32,000 nt of DNA from Zymomonas mobilis subsp. mobilis ATCC 10988 (GCF_000175255.2 NC_017262.1:1260001-1292000); one strand, 5' to 3'; shown: positions 1 through 9,579, counted from the stretch's first letter. The notes: generated by a model not told the origin, from the letters alone. A program made the numbers and translations.

Positions 1-1
1 G

Positions 2-337
2 GCAGCCGAACCGTCTTCTTCTACCGCTACCACGCCCACTCATCCTGAATTTACAAAGCCGAAATGGAGTTGGAGCACTAGTCTCGTGCCGTCATCCCTA
101 CTTTTCTATACAGGAAATCTGTTTCCTGAATGGAAAGGCAATGCTTTTATCGGCGGTCTCGCTAGCCAAATGCTCGTCCGAATGGAGATAAAGGGCGACA
201 AAGTCCGTGAGGCAGATCGCTGGCCAATGGGGCATCCTGTTCGTGATGTCGCTCAAGGTTCCGATGGCGCTTTGTGGGTTCTGTATGATGACAACAAAGG
301 CGGAAAGCTCATCCGCTTGGCACCTCCGGGACGGTAA
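2..337 (+). CDS. PQQ-dependent soluble sugar (aldose/sorbosone) dehydrogenase, C-terminal part; the 5' end lies upstream of the window
   Basis: Frame 2 is open from base 2 (PEFTKPKWSWSTSLVPSSLLFYTGNLFPEWKGNAFIGGL...VRDVAQGSDGALWVLYDDNKGGKLIRL). It resembles, from memory, the last propeller blades of E. coli YliI-type dehydrogenases. The GTG at 86 in the ORF track is an internal codon. Confidence 0.6.
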   Translation, partial: AAEPSSSTATTPTHPEFTKPKWSWSTSLVPSSLLFYTGNLFPEWKGNAFIGGLASQMLVRMEIKGDKVREADRWPMGHPVRDVAQGSDGALWVLYDDNKGGKLIRLAPPGR

Positions 338-412
338 ATTTTGCGTGCGATCGCTATTCCATGATGAATAGGGATTGCTTCGATATTTTTAAAAAATTGG
401 GAATAAACTCAA

Positions 413-1240
413 ATGCTTTCTGCTGATGATAATAACCTGAAACGGATTGCGGATGCCTTGGAACGTCTGGCACCACCGCCAGCCGTATGGGCTGATCCGA
501 TGGCTTCACCGGCCTATATCTGGCGTGGTCAAAATTTAATCGCTGCCCGTTCTTTCAAACCTTTTCCGCTTGATTGCTTGACCGGAGTAGATAGCCAGAA
601 AAAAGCTTTGCTCGATAATACCGCAAGGCTGGCTAATCATCTGGCAGCCCATGACGTTTTGCTATGGGGTGCTAGAGGCAGCGGAAAATCAGCCTTATGC
701 AAATCCGTTGTTGGTGAACTTCAGAAAGAAGGCGCCGACTTAGCTTTGATCGAGGTCGCTGGCGAAAGAGTTGATACGCTACCAGAATTATTTGGCTATA
801 TTGCTGATCAACCGCGTAGTTTTGTTCTATTCGTTGACGATCTCGGCTTTGAAGAAGGTAGTTCAGCCCCTAGAATCTTACGTTCACTTTTAGAAGGGGG
901 GGCAGAGGCTCGTCCTGATAACGCGCGGCTTTATGTTACCGCCAATCGTCGTCATATCATTGCGCGCCAAGTACAGGATACTGCAGAATCCTTTACCCGT
1001 GACAGTCTTGATGACCAATTGGCTTTGGCTGATCGTTTTGGCCTTAATTTAGGTTTCCATGTTTGTGACCAGAGCAATTACCTCGAAATGATAAGAGGAT
1101 ATGCAGCGCGCTTCGGTTTAACGTTAGATGAAAACCATGCCTTGTCATGGGTGCGCTCTAGAAGCGGCCTTTCTGGTCGTATGGCATGGCAATATATTAT
1201 TGAAATTGCGGGTGAACAGGGGCGCAATATTACACTTTAA
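413..1240 (+). CDS. AAA+ ATPase of the DUF815/COG2607 family, function unknown
   Basis: 275-aa ORF with Walker A (GARGSGKS) and Walker B-like (FVLFVDDLGF) motifs. The overall layout is typical of DUF815 proteins. A terminator follows. Confidence 0.7.
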   Translation: MLSADDNNLKRIADALERLAPPPAVWADPMASPAYIWRGQNLIAARSFKPFPLDCLTGVDSQKKALLDNTARLANHLAAHDVLLWGARGSGKSALCKSVVGELQKEGADLALIEVAGERVDTLPELFGYIADQPRSFVLFVDDLGFEEGSSAPRILRSLLEGGAEARPDNARLYVTANRRHIIARQVQDTAESFTRDSLDDQLALADRFGLNLGFHVCDQSNYLEMIRGYAARFGLTLDENHALSWVRSRSGLSGRMAWQYIIEIAGEQGRNITL

Positions 1241-1271
1241 AAGCTGATTTTTATCGGCAGATAATCCTTTG

Positions 1272-1308
1272 AGGAAGGGTATAGATATATCCATATCCTT
1301 CCTTTTTG
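1272..1308 (+). terminator. Rho-independent terminator after the DUF815 gene
   Basis: AGGAAGG (1272-1278) pairs with CCTTCCT (1297-1303), and the T run spans 1303-1307. Confidence 0.5.
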
Positions 1309-1403
1309 GTATTTTGATGCAATAAAATATTTATTTATGTAATTTTAGTATTTACTTCCCTTTATTAGAGGAATAAATTTTTATTTTTCACGAAGGGGGT
1401 AAT

Positions 1404-2552
1404 ATGAGTGAGGCCAATTTATTTCGTCGCCGCTTAATGCAGATGGCCGTAGGGGGTATTGTTGCTGCACCTTTCGTTCAGAAAAGCGCTCTATCAGCGG
1501 CAACGCCATTATCTTCTAATTCGTCTTTTGAAACGCCGGATAGCCTGCTTGGTGAAATGAGTGACGGCGTTTTTATCAATTATAATGAAAATCCCTTGGG
1601 TCCCTGCGCTAATGCGAGAGAGGCCTTGGCGAAAACAATTCCATTTAGTGGTCGCTATGGGATGAATTTTGCTGAAAATATTTCGAAAATTATCAGTCAG
1701 CAAGAAAATATTCCGGTCGATTATCTCCATTTTTTTGCGGGATCAACGGTTCCCCTTCACGCCGCCGCCATGGCTTTTTCTGATAAAGACCATGCCATTG
1801 CTTATCCGCTTCCTACTTTTGATATTTTTTTCAAAGCGCCGGACGGTAAAAATTTTGCGCCTCTAAAGCCGGTGCCGGTCAATGAGAAGCATCAAATTGA
1901 TGTCGCGGCTATGTTATCTGCGGCACCAGATGCCGGTCTTTACTATATTTGTAATCCAAATAATCCGACCGGTGTTGTTACGCCAATGCGCGACATAGAA
2001 TGGCTGCTCGCACATAAACCCGCTAATTCCGTTGTTTTGGTCGATGAAGCCTATATTCATTACAGCGATATGCCTTCGGCAATGTCCCTTGTTGCCCAGG
2101 GAAAAGATGTGGTCGTGCTTCGGACTTTCTCTAAAATTTACGGCTTGGCAGGGATGCGCCTTGGTTTTGCAGCCGCTCGCCCTGATTTGTTAGAGAAAAT
2201 AACCTATTTCGATACTAATAATCCCCCCATGCCGGCATTTGCTGCGGCTGAAGCCAGCCTTTTAGATGAAAAATTATTACCGGAGCGAAAGGCTTATAAC
2301 AAAGCGGTTCGAAATGATATTTTCGCTTGGCTCTCGAAACGAGGTTACAAATATACGCCGTCAGAGGCCTCTTTTTTTATGCTTCATGTTGGAAGACCGG
2401 GGCAACAAGTCACGGATGCTTTAAAAAAATATAAAATTTTTATTTCTGGAACTCGACCGCGCTATCCTGATTGGGTGCGCGTTTCCGTAGGTAGTTTTGC
2501 GGAAATGAATGCCTTTAAGGCGGCTTTTGAAAAGGTAATGGCCTCAGCTTAA
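1404..2552 (+). CDS. Class I/II PLP-dependent aminotransferase (HisC-like) with an N-terminal twin-arginine signal peptide
   Basis: RBS GAAGGGGG lies upstream of the ATG. The N-terminus is MSEANLFRRRLMQMAVGGIVAAPFVQKSALSAA (RR motif, hydrophobic core, AxA-like site). The body carries NPNNPTG and the PLP-lysine motif SKIYGLAGMRLG typical of histidinol-phosphate aminotransferase relatives. Confidence 0.8.
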   Translation: MSEANLFRRRLMQMAVGGIVAAPFVQKSALSAATPLSSNSSFETPDSLLGEMSDGVFINYNENPLGPCANAREALAKTIPFSGRYGMNFAENISKIISQQENIPVDYLHFFAGSTVPLHAAAMAFSDKDHAIAYPLPTFDIFFKAPDGKNFAPLKPVPVNEKHQIDVAAMLSAAPDAGLYYICNPNNPTGVVTPMRDIEWLLAHKPANSVVLVDEAYIHYSDMPSAMSLVAQGKDVVVLRTFSKIYGLAGMRLGFAAARPDLLEKITYFDTNNPPMPAFAAAEASLLDEKLLPERKAYNKAVRNDIFAWLSKRGYKYTPSEASFFMLHVGRPGQQVTDALKKYKIFISGTRPRYPDWVRVSVGSFAEMNAFKAAFEKVMASA

Positions 2553-2644
2553 GCGCCGGAATTCGGCATAATTCCCTGAAAAGACACTCTTTTGGATTAA
2601 ATTTTTATTCTTTTGTTATCGCCATATTTTTTCTGTTTCAAAAG

Positions 2645-2671
2645 AAAAGGCCTTGAAAATCAAGGCCTTTT
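2645..2671. terminator. Bidirectional intrinsic terminator between convergent genes
   Basis: AAAAGGCCTTG - AAAAT - CAAGGCCTTTT is a perfect 11-bp stem. Its A and T arms serve both strands. Confidence 0.7.
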
Positions 2672-2694
2672 CTTCCATCGCTTTTCTTGTAGAG

Positions 2695-2997
2695 TTAGTT
2701 AGACCAGCTTTTTTCCATCTCATCTTTGATGAGACGGTGATGTTGGGTTGCTTCTTCGATGACCATTCGTAAAAAGCGCTCTGCAAAGTCAGGATTTAAT
2801 CCCGTTGATTCGGCTAACTGACGCAGCCGCTTGGCCTGTTCGGCTTCGCGGGCAAGATCTGCAGGAGGAAGTTGTTTTTCAGCCTTGTAATAACTGACAT
2901 CTGAAGTAATCTTGAATCTTTCTGCTAAAAGGCAGATGAGAGCCGTATCGATATTGTCAATACTTTTGCGATAGCGCTGCAACCGATCATTGGGCAT
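2695..2997 (-). CDS. Chorismate mutase, AroQ class, monofunctional
   Basis: 100-aa all-helical ORF (RLQRYRKSIDNIDTALICLLAERFKITSDVSYYK...) with size and motifs of small AroQ mutases. Confidence 0.75.
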   Translation of the reverse strand: MPNDRLQRYRKSIDNIDTALICLLAERFKITSDVSYYKAEKQLPPADLAREAEQAKRLRQLAESTGLNPDFAERFLRMVIEEATQHHRLIKDEMEKSWSN

Positions 2998-3112
2998 AAA
3001 TGAAAATCCTTAGTTATCGAAGCGATGGAGGTATCTTTTTGACGGTTGCAAACAAGTTGAGCAAGTGTCAACGCTTGTATTTCTTCATGCTTCACAGTGT
3101 AGTCTTTTCAGC

Positions 3113-4126
3113 ATGACCGCCATCAATTCTGCCACAGATCGAAATCAGGCGGCCTCTTTGAAGCCGTTAATGCATCTGGTCGCCTCTGATATGCAGGCTG
3201 TAAACCAAGTCATTCTTGACCGGATGCAAAGCGAAGTTCCCCTTATCCCTGAATTGGCAGGCCACCTTATTTCCAGCGGCGGGAAAAGAATGCGGCCTAT
3301 GCTGATGCTGGCCTGTTCCCGTTTGATAGGCGAACCGCGTGATATTCATTATAAATTAGCGGCTGCTATCGAATTTATTCACACGGCAACTTTGTTGCAT
3401 GACGATGTTGTGGATCATAGCGATTTACGGCGAGGCAAGCGGACGGCCAATAATATTTGGGGCAATGGGCCCACTGTTTTGGTTGGCGACTTTCTCCTAA
3501 GCCGCGCTTTTGAAATGATGGTTGAATCCGGCTCACTACGGGCGCTTGAAATTCTGTCTAATGCGGCGGCAATTATTACCCAAGGTGAGGTGGATCAGCT
3601 TGTTTCTCAATATCAGGTGGAAACAGACGAAGCGCGTTATCTGTCTATTATTGGTGCAAAAACGGCTGTCTTATTTGCGGCATCCTGTCGGATCGCAGCG
3701 GTCATGGCGGGCTGTTCGAAAGATAAAGAACAAAGTCTTGCCGATTATGGTCAGTATTTAGGTATCGCCTTCCAGCTAACCGATGATGCTATTGATTATA
3801 TGTCGGATAGCCAGACCATGGGTAAGGGTGTCGGCGATGATTTCCGCGACGGGAAAGTGACCCTTCCGGTCATTCTAGCCTATCAGCGGGGTGAAAAGGC
3901 TGACCGCGATTTCTGGCGTGAAGCTATAGAAGGCCGCCGCGTCGCTGACAGTGATCTTGATATTGCCAAAATTCTATTGGTAAATACGGATGCCTTGTCG
4001 GACACCTTGGAACGCGCTCGTCTTTATGGTGAAAAAGCTATCCAGTCTTTGAAGGCTTTTCCTGACGGTGCAGTGAAAGAGGCGTTGATAGAAGCCGTCG
4101 AATTTACAATCGCCCGCGCTTATTAA
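3113..4126 (+). CDS. ispB: Long-chain polyprenyl diphosphate synthase (octaprenyl/decaprenyl type)
   Basis: Carries the two Asp-rich motifs LLHDDVVDHSDLRRGKRTAN and FQLTDDAIDY. I prefer ATG 3113 (MTAINS...) over the track's GTG 3065. The start is uncertain by 48 nt. Confidence 0.85.
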   Translation: MTAINSATDRNQAASLKPLMHLVASDMQAVNQVILDRMQSEVPLIPELAGHLISSGGKRMRPMLMLACSRLIGEPRDIHYKLAAAIEFIHTATLLHDDVVDHSDLRRGKRTANNIWGNGPTVLVGDFLLSRAFEMMVESGSLRALEILSNAAAIITQGEVDQLVSQYQVETDEARYLSIIGAKTAVLFAASCRIAAVMAGCSKDKEQSLADYGQYLGIAFQLTDDAIDYMSDSQTMGKGVGDDFRDGKVTLPVILAYQRGEKADRDFWREAIEGRRVADSDLDIAKILLVNTDALSDTLERARLYGEKAIQSLKAFPDGAVKEALIEAVEFTIARAY

Positions 4127-4167
4127 AAGAAGGACGAATAATTTCTGATAACCGTAAAGCCTTCTCT

Positions 4168-6681
4168 ATGTTGAAGAATAATGCCCTTCTGAAAGAATTG
4201 CCGGTTTCTTCTATTTTTGAGCCATTGGCTGAAACACTCAGAAATCGAAGCAATGCGGTTATCATAGCACCTCCGGGGTCAGGTAAAACAACGGCGATTG
4301 CACCGATTTTGTTACAAGAAGATTGGTGCCAAGGGCAGATTATCCTGCTTTCGCCGCGTCGCTTGGCAGCCAAGGCAGCCGCTGAACGCATCGCGCAAAT
4401 AATGGGGGAACCTGTCGGCCAGACGGTCGGATATCTGACCAGAATGGAATCGCAACGGTCAGATAAAAGCCGCATCTTGGTCGTGACCCAAGGGATATTT
4501 CGCCATCAGATTCAACAAGACCCTGAATTACCGAATATCTCGGCAGTTTTATTTGACGAAGTTCACGAAAGAAGCCTTGATAGCGATTTTTCCTTAGCTT
4601 TGGCCTTGGATGTGCAATCTGCTTTGCGCCCTGACTTACGATTGATCGCAATGTCGGCAACCATGGACGGGACACGCTTTTCCGATCTCATGGCAGAAGA
4701 GGGCGCTGGTAAAGCGTCTCTTCTTGAAAGCCAAGGGCGATGTTATCCCTTACATTATTACTATGAAGGCCGCCGTCCTGATCTTTCAATTGAGCAGAAT
4801 ATGGCGACTGTTATTCGTCGGGCTTTACTCGAAAATGACGGCGGTATTCTCGCTTTTTTACCGGGTATCGCCGAGATAGAACGCACTGCGGCTTTATTGG
4901 AAAATCTACCTTCCAATATCCTGCTCTATCGTTTGCATAGTTCAGTTGATTTTCGGGAACAGCATGCGGCTATTCAGGCCGTGCCAAAAGGATATCGCAA
5001 AATTGTTCTGGCCAGTGCGATTGCTGAAACCAGCCTAACATTGGATGGTATCCGCATCGTTGTTGATTCCGGTTTGACAAGACGGGCGCGTTACGATCGT
5101 CAATCAGGTTTAACGCGATTGGTTACTGAACGCGTCAGTCGGGCATCGGCTGAACAGCGCGCCGGTCGTGCTGGTCGGCAAGATGTCGGTTATGTCTGGC
5201 GATTATGGGAAGAAGCTGCCCAAGTCGGTTTGTCACCTTACGATCCTCCTGAAATAACAGAAGCCGATTTGTCGGCTTTGACATTGGATTGTGCTTTATG
5301 GGGGGTAACACCAAATCAATTACGTTGGATTGATTCCCCACCGGAAAAAGCGATAGAAGAAGCCTATAAACGCTTGGAAAATTTACAGGCGACTTCTTCC
5401 GATAAGCGTCCTTTGCCGCATGGCCGTGATCTGGCAGCTTTCCCAATGCCGTTACCTTTTGGTCATATGATATTGAAGGCAAAGGCAAAGGGCTGGGGGG
5501 CTTTGGCCGTTGATGTTGCCGTTTTGCTTTCCGAGCGCGGCATCGGCGGCATGGATATTGACATCGAAAACCGTCTCAATCGTTTTTATCGTGAAAAAAC
5601 ACTCCGATCACAAAAAGCACGTCAACTTGCCAATCGATGGAGAAAACAGGTCGGGTTAACCGTTTCCTCCAAAAGGGACGTGATCGAGATGGGCGATGTC
5701 GGGGCTTGCGTGGCTTTGGCTTTTCCTGATCGTGTCGCAAAAAGGCGTGATGCCAAAGGCGAACAATGGATTTCCGCTGGCGGCAGGGGGTTCCGACTAG
5801 ATCCGTTATCGCCTTTGGCACAAAGTGAATGGTTAGCCGTGGCCGAGGCGCAAGGCTCGGCACAATCGGCACGTATTCTGTCAGCTGCAACTTTAACGAC
5901 AGAGCAAATCAACGCTCTTTTTTCTGAAAAGATAGTGGTTGAACAAAATGTCCGTTTTAATTTTGCAACCAAATCTGTTGAAACCGAACGCCTACAGCGA
6001 TTGGGTGCCATTATTCTATCACGGGGACAGGATGATTCCCCTGATGAAGAAGCAATCGCATCGGCTCTGATGGCGGCTGTCCAGCAATATGGTCTTGATA
6101 TTTTACCGTGGTCGGATGCAGCTTTAGCTTTGCAGGAAAGATGGGCTTTCGTGGCAGCACATCAATCAGAAGGGGGAGCCTTTTCTGATGGCGGCTTAAG
6201 TGATGATACCCTTTTGTCTAAAGTCGATGAATGGCTTTATCCTTTGCTGTTGGGATGCCGTCGTTTGGATCAGATAAAGGCGTCTGACCTGACACAGGCC
6301 TTAGAAAATATACTGGGATGGCAAGGTAAACAGCAGCTCGATCAATGGGTTCCGGCTAGATTGATTACGCCTGCCGGTAGTAGTCATGTCATTGATTACA
6401 AAGCAGACGGTGGGCCCGCGGTTGAAGTCCGTCCGCAGGCTCTATTTGGGATGAAAAAGCATCCAATGCTTTTAAATGGTCGGGTGGCTTTGGTGTTAAG
6501 ACTGGTTTCTCCTGCCGGTAGGCCTATCCAGACAACCCAAAATTTAACTGATTTTTGGGCGGGTAGTTGGAATATGATTGCGAAAGAAATGCGCGGTCGA
6601 TATCCACGCCACCCTTGGCCAGAAGACCCCGCCTCAGCAGAACCTACCTTAAGAACACAAAAAGGCCGAAAAATAAGCTAA
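4168..6681 (+). CDS. hrpB: ATP-dependent RNA helicase HrpB (DEAH box)
   Basis: 837 aa with GSGKTT, DEVHERS, SAT and QRAGRAGR motifs and the long HrpB-type C-terminal domain. Confidence 0.9.
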   Translation: MLKNNALLKELPVSSIFEPLAETLRNRSNAVIIAPPGSGKTTAIAPILLQEDWCQGQIILLSPRRLAAKAAAERIAQIMGEPVGQTVGYLTRMESQRSDKSRILVVTQGIFRHQIQQDPELPNISAVLFDEVHERSLDSDFSLALALDVQSALRPDLRLIAMSATMDGTRFSDLMAEEGAGKASLLESQGRCYPLHYYYEGRRPDLSIEQNMATVIRRALLENDGGILAFLPGIAEIERTAALLENLPSNILLYRLHSSVDFREQHAAIQAVPKGYRKIVLASAIAETSLTLDGIRIVVDSGLTRRARYDRQSGLTRLVTERVSRASAEQRAGRAGRQDVGYVWRLWEEAAQVGLSPYDPPEITEADLSALTLDCALWGVTPNQLRWIDSPPEKAIEEAYKRLENLQATSSDKRPLPHGRDLAAFPMPLPFGHMILKAKAKGWGALAVDVAVLLSERGIGGMDIDIENRLNRFYREKTLRSQKARQLANRWRKQVGLTVSSKRDVIEMGDVGACVALAFPDRVAKRRDAKGEQWISAGGRGFRLDPLSPLAQSEWLAVAEAQGSAQSARILSAATLTTEQINALFSEKIVVEQNVRFNFATKSVETERLQRLGAIILSRGQDDSPDEEAIASALMAAVQQYGLDILPWSDAALALQERWAFVAAHQSEGGAFSDGGLSDDTLLSKVDEWLYPLLLGCRRLDQIKASDLTQALENILGWQGKQQLDQWVPARLITPAGSSHVIDYKADGGPAVEVRPQALFGMKKHPMLLNGRVALVLRLVSPAGRPIQTTQNLTDFWAGSWNMIAKEMRGRYPRHPWPEDPASAEPTLRTQKGRKIS

Positions 6682-6772
6682 TGTTTAACAGTAGATTTAA
6701 TGAATTGTTGTTTATGACGGCCTTTTCTAGCCGTTACCACCAAGTGCCCATCAAAATAGGTCAGACAGAAAC

Positions 6773-6792
6773 CCTCTTCCCGAAGGAAGAGG
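6773..6792. terminator. Hairpin between convergent hrpB and the glycosyltransferase gene
   Basis: CCTCTTCC - CGAA - GGAAGAGG is a perfect 8-bp stem. On the minus strand it is followed by GTTTCTGT. Confidence 0.5.
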
Positions 6793-6806
6793 ACACAAAA
6801 TAAGAT

Positions 6807-7486
6807 TTAGTCGATAATAATATCGCAAACACTTTGTGGATGGCCTTTGGTTGTTCCCCAGACGTGATCGGCAAAGACATGCCCCTGTCCTGTATAGCGC
6901 GCACCTGTATTATGGACAGGCGTAAAATAATGGCTTGGCCACAATGTATAGTTATATTGCGGATTTTCTTGGTGGATTTCTGTTACCAATCTGGGACCTG
7001 TGATATGGCATGGCCAACCATCAGTAATAGATTCTCGATTGTGAATACGCTCTATCAGCTTTGCCATAAATTCTTGCTGCGGCGCAGCAGCCATCACATT
7101 ATTGCCAATGAGTCCGGGACGCATCTGCTCATGTTCCCAACCTAAACAGATATCACTATCAAACAGCCAATCTTCTAGAGGACGGATACAGTAGCAGTCG
7201 GCATCTACATAAAAACCACCTTCAATAAACAGGATTTCATAGCGCATCATATCGCTAACCCCGTCTAACCGCCCGCATTCTAACAGAGTTTTTATATGTT
7301 TGGCATTATACCAATTATGATTGGCTAGAATGTCGTTGCCCCAGACCTTTACTTCCCAATCAGGATTTTGATCAACCCAGCTATTGATAAAATGATTAGG
7401 ACGTTTGCTCTCATCTCCAACCCAAATGACATGAATAACTTTGGGGATAGAAATCCCCCCCTATTAAATCCGTATTTGTCAACCAT
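6807..7486 (-). pseudogene. DXD-motif glycosyltransferase (Gly_transf_sug/OCH1-like family), reading frame broken at a G7 tract near the 5' end
   Basis: The frame of the 147-aa track ORF stays open upstream to 7459 (GGISIPKVIHVIWVGDESKRPNHFINSWVDQNPDWEVKVWGND...GGFYVDADCYCIRPLEDW). It has no ATG/GTG/TTG before 7250. The only plausible start, ATG 7486 (MVDKYGFNRGG), is in another frame and joins only if the G run 7455-7461 were G8 or G5. Confidence 0.6.
7455..7461 (-). repeat. Homopolymer G7 (C7 on the + strand) at codons 10-11 of the glycosyltransferase
   Basis: Counted directly: aaat-ccccccc-tatt on the + strand. Confidence 0.9.
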
Positions 7487-7590
7487 AATTTTTCTTTTTA
7501 TTTATAATTAATACAATTAAAGGTTATATATTTTGTGAATATTATTCAATATGCATAAAAATAAAATTATAAATGATAGTATATCTTCTC

Positions 7591-8729
7591 TTATTTTATA
7601 GATAGCGCATGACGGCGAATAAGAATGGTCGAGAAAATAGTGGCAATAGCCAATAAACAGGATGTGTAGGCGATCAGTCTTGGCCAGCCGCCAGATGTCC
7701 AGAATACGCCACCCAAAGAACCGAAAATGCTAGAACCCATATAATAGCATAAAAGGTAAAGCGATGTCGCATGGCCTTTATTTTGGCGCGCTAGCTGCCC
7801 GACCCAACCACTGGCGACAGAATGGATAGTGAAGAATCCGGTGGTGAAGATAAGAATGCCACAAACCATCAAAAGTAGATGGTTGCTCAGTGTCAACCAC
7901 ATACCGGAAAGCATAATAGCAATACCGGCAATAAGAACAGGCCCTCGGCCTATCCTGTCTGACCATGAACCGGCGGCAGGGGAAGCCATCATCCCCGAAA
8001 TATAAGACAGAAAGATAAAGCTGATTTGCGAAGATGACAGCGAGAAGGGCGGTAATACCAAACGGAAATCAATAAAATTGAAAATTGTGATAAAGCTACC
8101 AACCGCAAGCCCTCCAATGCCGAAAAGCAAAAACATATCGGGGCGGGTGATGTGCTGTGACCATGCTTTGGCATGATATTTCACATCAAAACGCGTTCTT
8201 TTGATAAAGTTTTTGGAAGTGGGCAGACATAATCCAAAAATGATAGCTGCCAGCAGGTCAACAGTTCCAAGAATTCTAAGCGCCATTTGCCAGCTTGTGA
8301 ATTCAGTCATAATACCTACGGCAACACGGCCAAACATACCACCGAAAGCTGTTCCACCAACATAAATGCCCATGGCATAGCCCAAATTCTTGGGATGTAT
8401 TTCTTCCGATAGATACGCCATGGCGACAGCAGGAACCCCGCCAAGGACGAATCCCTCACAAGCGCGCGCAATCAGAAAGACATTCCATGACGGTAAAAAG
8501 GCCGCAAAAATATTCATGAAAGAGGCTGAAGCCATCGAAAAGAACATAATGCCTTTTCGCCCCAAACTTTCAGCCGTTGCTCCTGAACAGAAGATAGAAA
8601 CGGCAAGAAAACCGGTTGTCAGCGAAATTGCAAAAGAACTCTCTGTAACGCTTACATGGAAATAACGGGTTAATTCAGGCAGAATAGGCTGAACACAATA
8701 TAAAAGAGAAAAGGTAATGAAGCCGACTA
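7591..8729 (-). pseudogene. YnfM-family MFS transporter, 3' portion, separated from its 5' end by an IS insertion
   Basis: 12-TM-type ORF. LVGFITFSLLYCVQPILPEL matches the remembered E. coli YnfM motif ALLYCVQPILPVL. The first 9 codons of the track ORF (MVTFLCQQN) are IS inverted-repeat sequence, not gene. Confidence 0.8.
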
Positions 8730-9505
8730 GGTTTTGTTGACAAAGGAAGGTAACCACAATTTTACGGCCGCGAGATGAAGGAAGGCGAGAAAAGATTTTC
8801 TGGTTTTGTCATAACGTGTGGCAATGCGCCTGAACCGCTTCAACTTATTGAACATCCGCTCAATACAATGACGATCTTTGTAGTGCTGGAGATTATAAGG
8901 AATAGGCTTTTTTCGATTGGAACGAGGCGGGATAACAGGAAGGATGCCTCGAAAAAGCTGTTTTTCGCGTAACCTATCGCTATCATATCCTTTATCCGCG
9001 AGAAAACAGTGGGGTGTTGTCACAGGGATATCTATCAAGCTATCAGCGCCAGAATAATCAGAGACCTCACCACCGGTTAGTGCGAAAGCTAGAGGGCGGC
9101 CTTGACCATCGGAACGGGCGTGGATCTTGCTCGTAAAGCCTCCGCAGCTTTGACCAAAGCCTTCCTTATGCGTCCCCCTTTTGCGCCAGCCGCTTGGCTG
9201 TGGGCGCGAATAATCGTGCTATCTATCATATGTTGCCAGTCATCTGTCAGGCCAAGGTCAACCAGGGTTTCAAGAAGAGCGTCCCACACACCCTGTTCTG
9301 CCCACCTACGAAACCGAACATAGACCGAATTCCATTTCCCATAACGTTCATGCATATCTCGCCACGGGCAGCCTGTTCGAAGCACATAAAGCATACCATT
9401 GAGAAATAACCGATTACTTTTGGCGGGACGCACGCAGCGGCCTCGTTCGCTTGGAAGAAGACCCTGTATTATCTCCCACTCCGCGTCCGTCAGATCTCCT
9501 CGCAT
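8727..9505 (-). CDS. IS5/IS427-type transposase OrfAB (programmed -1 frameshift)
   Basis: orfA runs 9505..9089 (MRGDLTDAEWEIIQGLLP...CPWRDM...IDSTIIRAH). The -1 frame continues as GQSCGGFTSKIHARSDGQGRPLAFALTGGEVSDY...LADKGYDSD...YKDRHCIERMFNKLKRFRRIATRYDK. The frames overlap at GCAAAAGGGGG (about 9174-9185). Confidence 0.8.
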
Positions 9506-9579
9506 CTCTATCTACCCTACAAAACTTGTCCTCAAGTTATCTCTAAAAATCTTAAATTATACCCTTTGTCAACAGAACC
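8730..9579 (-). mobile_element. IS5-family insertion sequence (IS427-group-like), copy 1, ~850 bp
   Basis: The terminal inverted repeats are GGTTTTGTTGACAAAGG (8730->) and GGTTCTGTTGACAAAGG (9579<-). The element is flanked by CTAG on both sides, so the duplication is either TA or CTAG and the ends are ambiguous by 1 nt. It carries a two-ORF frameshifted transposase. Confidence 0.85.

Noticed and set aside
3065-3112. GTG 3065 as the ispB start
   Set aside because: ATG 3113 gives a length typical of IspB. The extension (MSTLVFLHASQCSLFS) looks non-conserved. This is not decisive, so the start remains uncertain.
6567-6803. 78-aa + strand ORF overlapping the hrpB 3' end and the convergent spacer
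   Set aside because: It overlaps hrpB out of frame and runs through the terminator hairpin, with no supporting signals.
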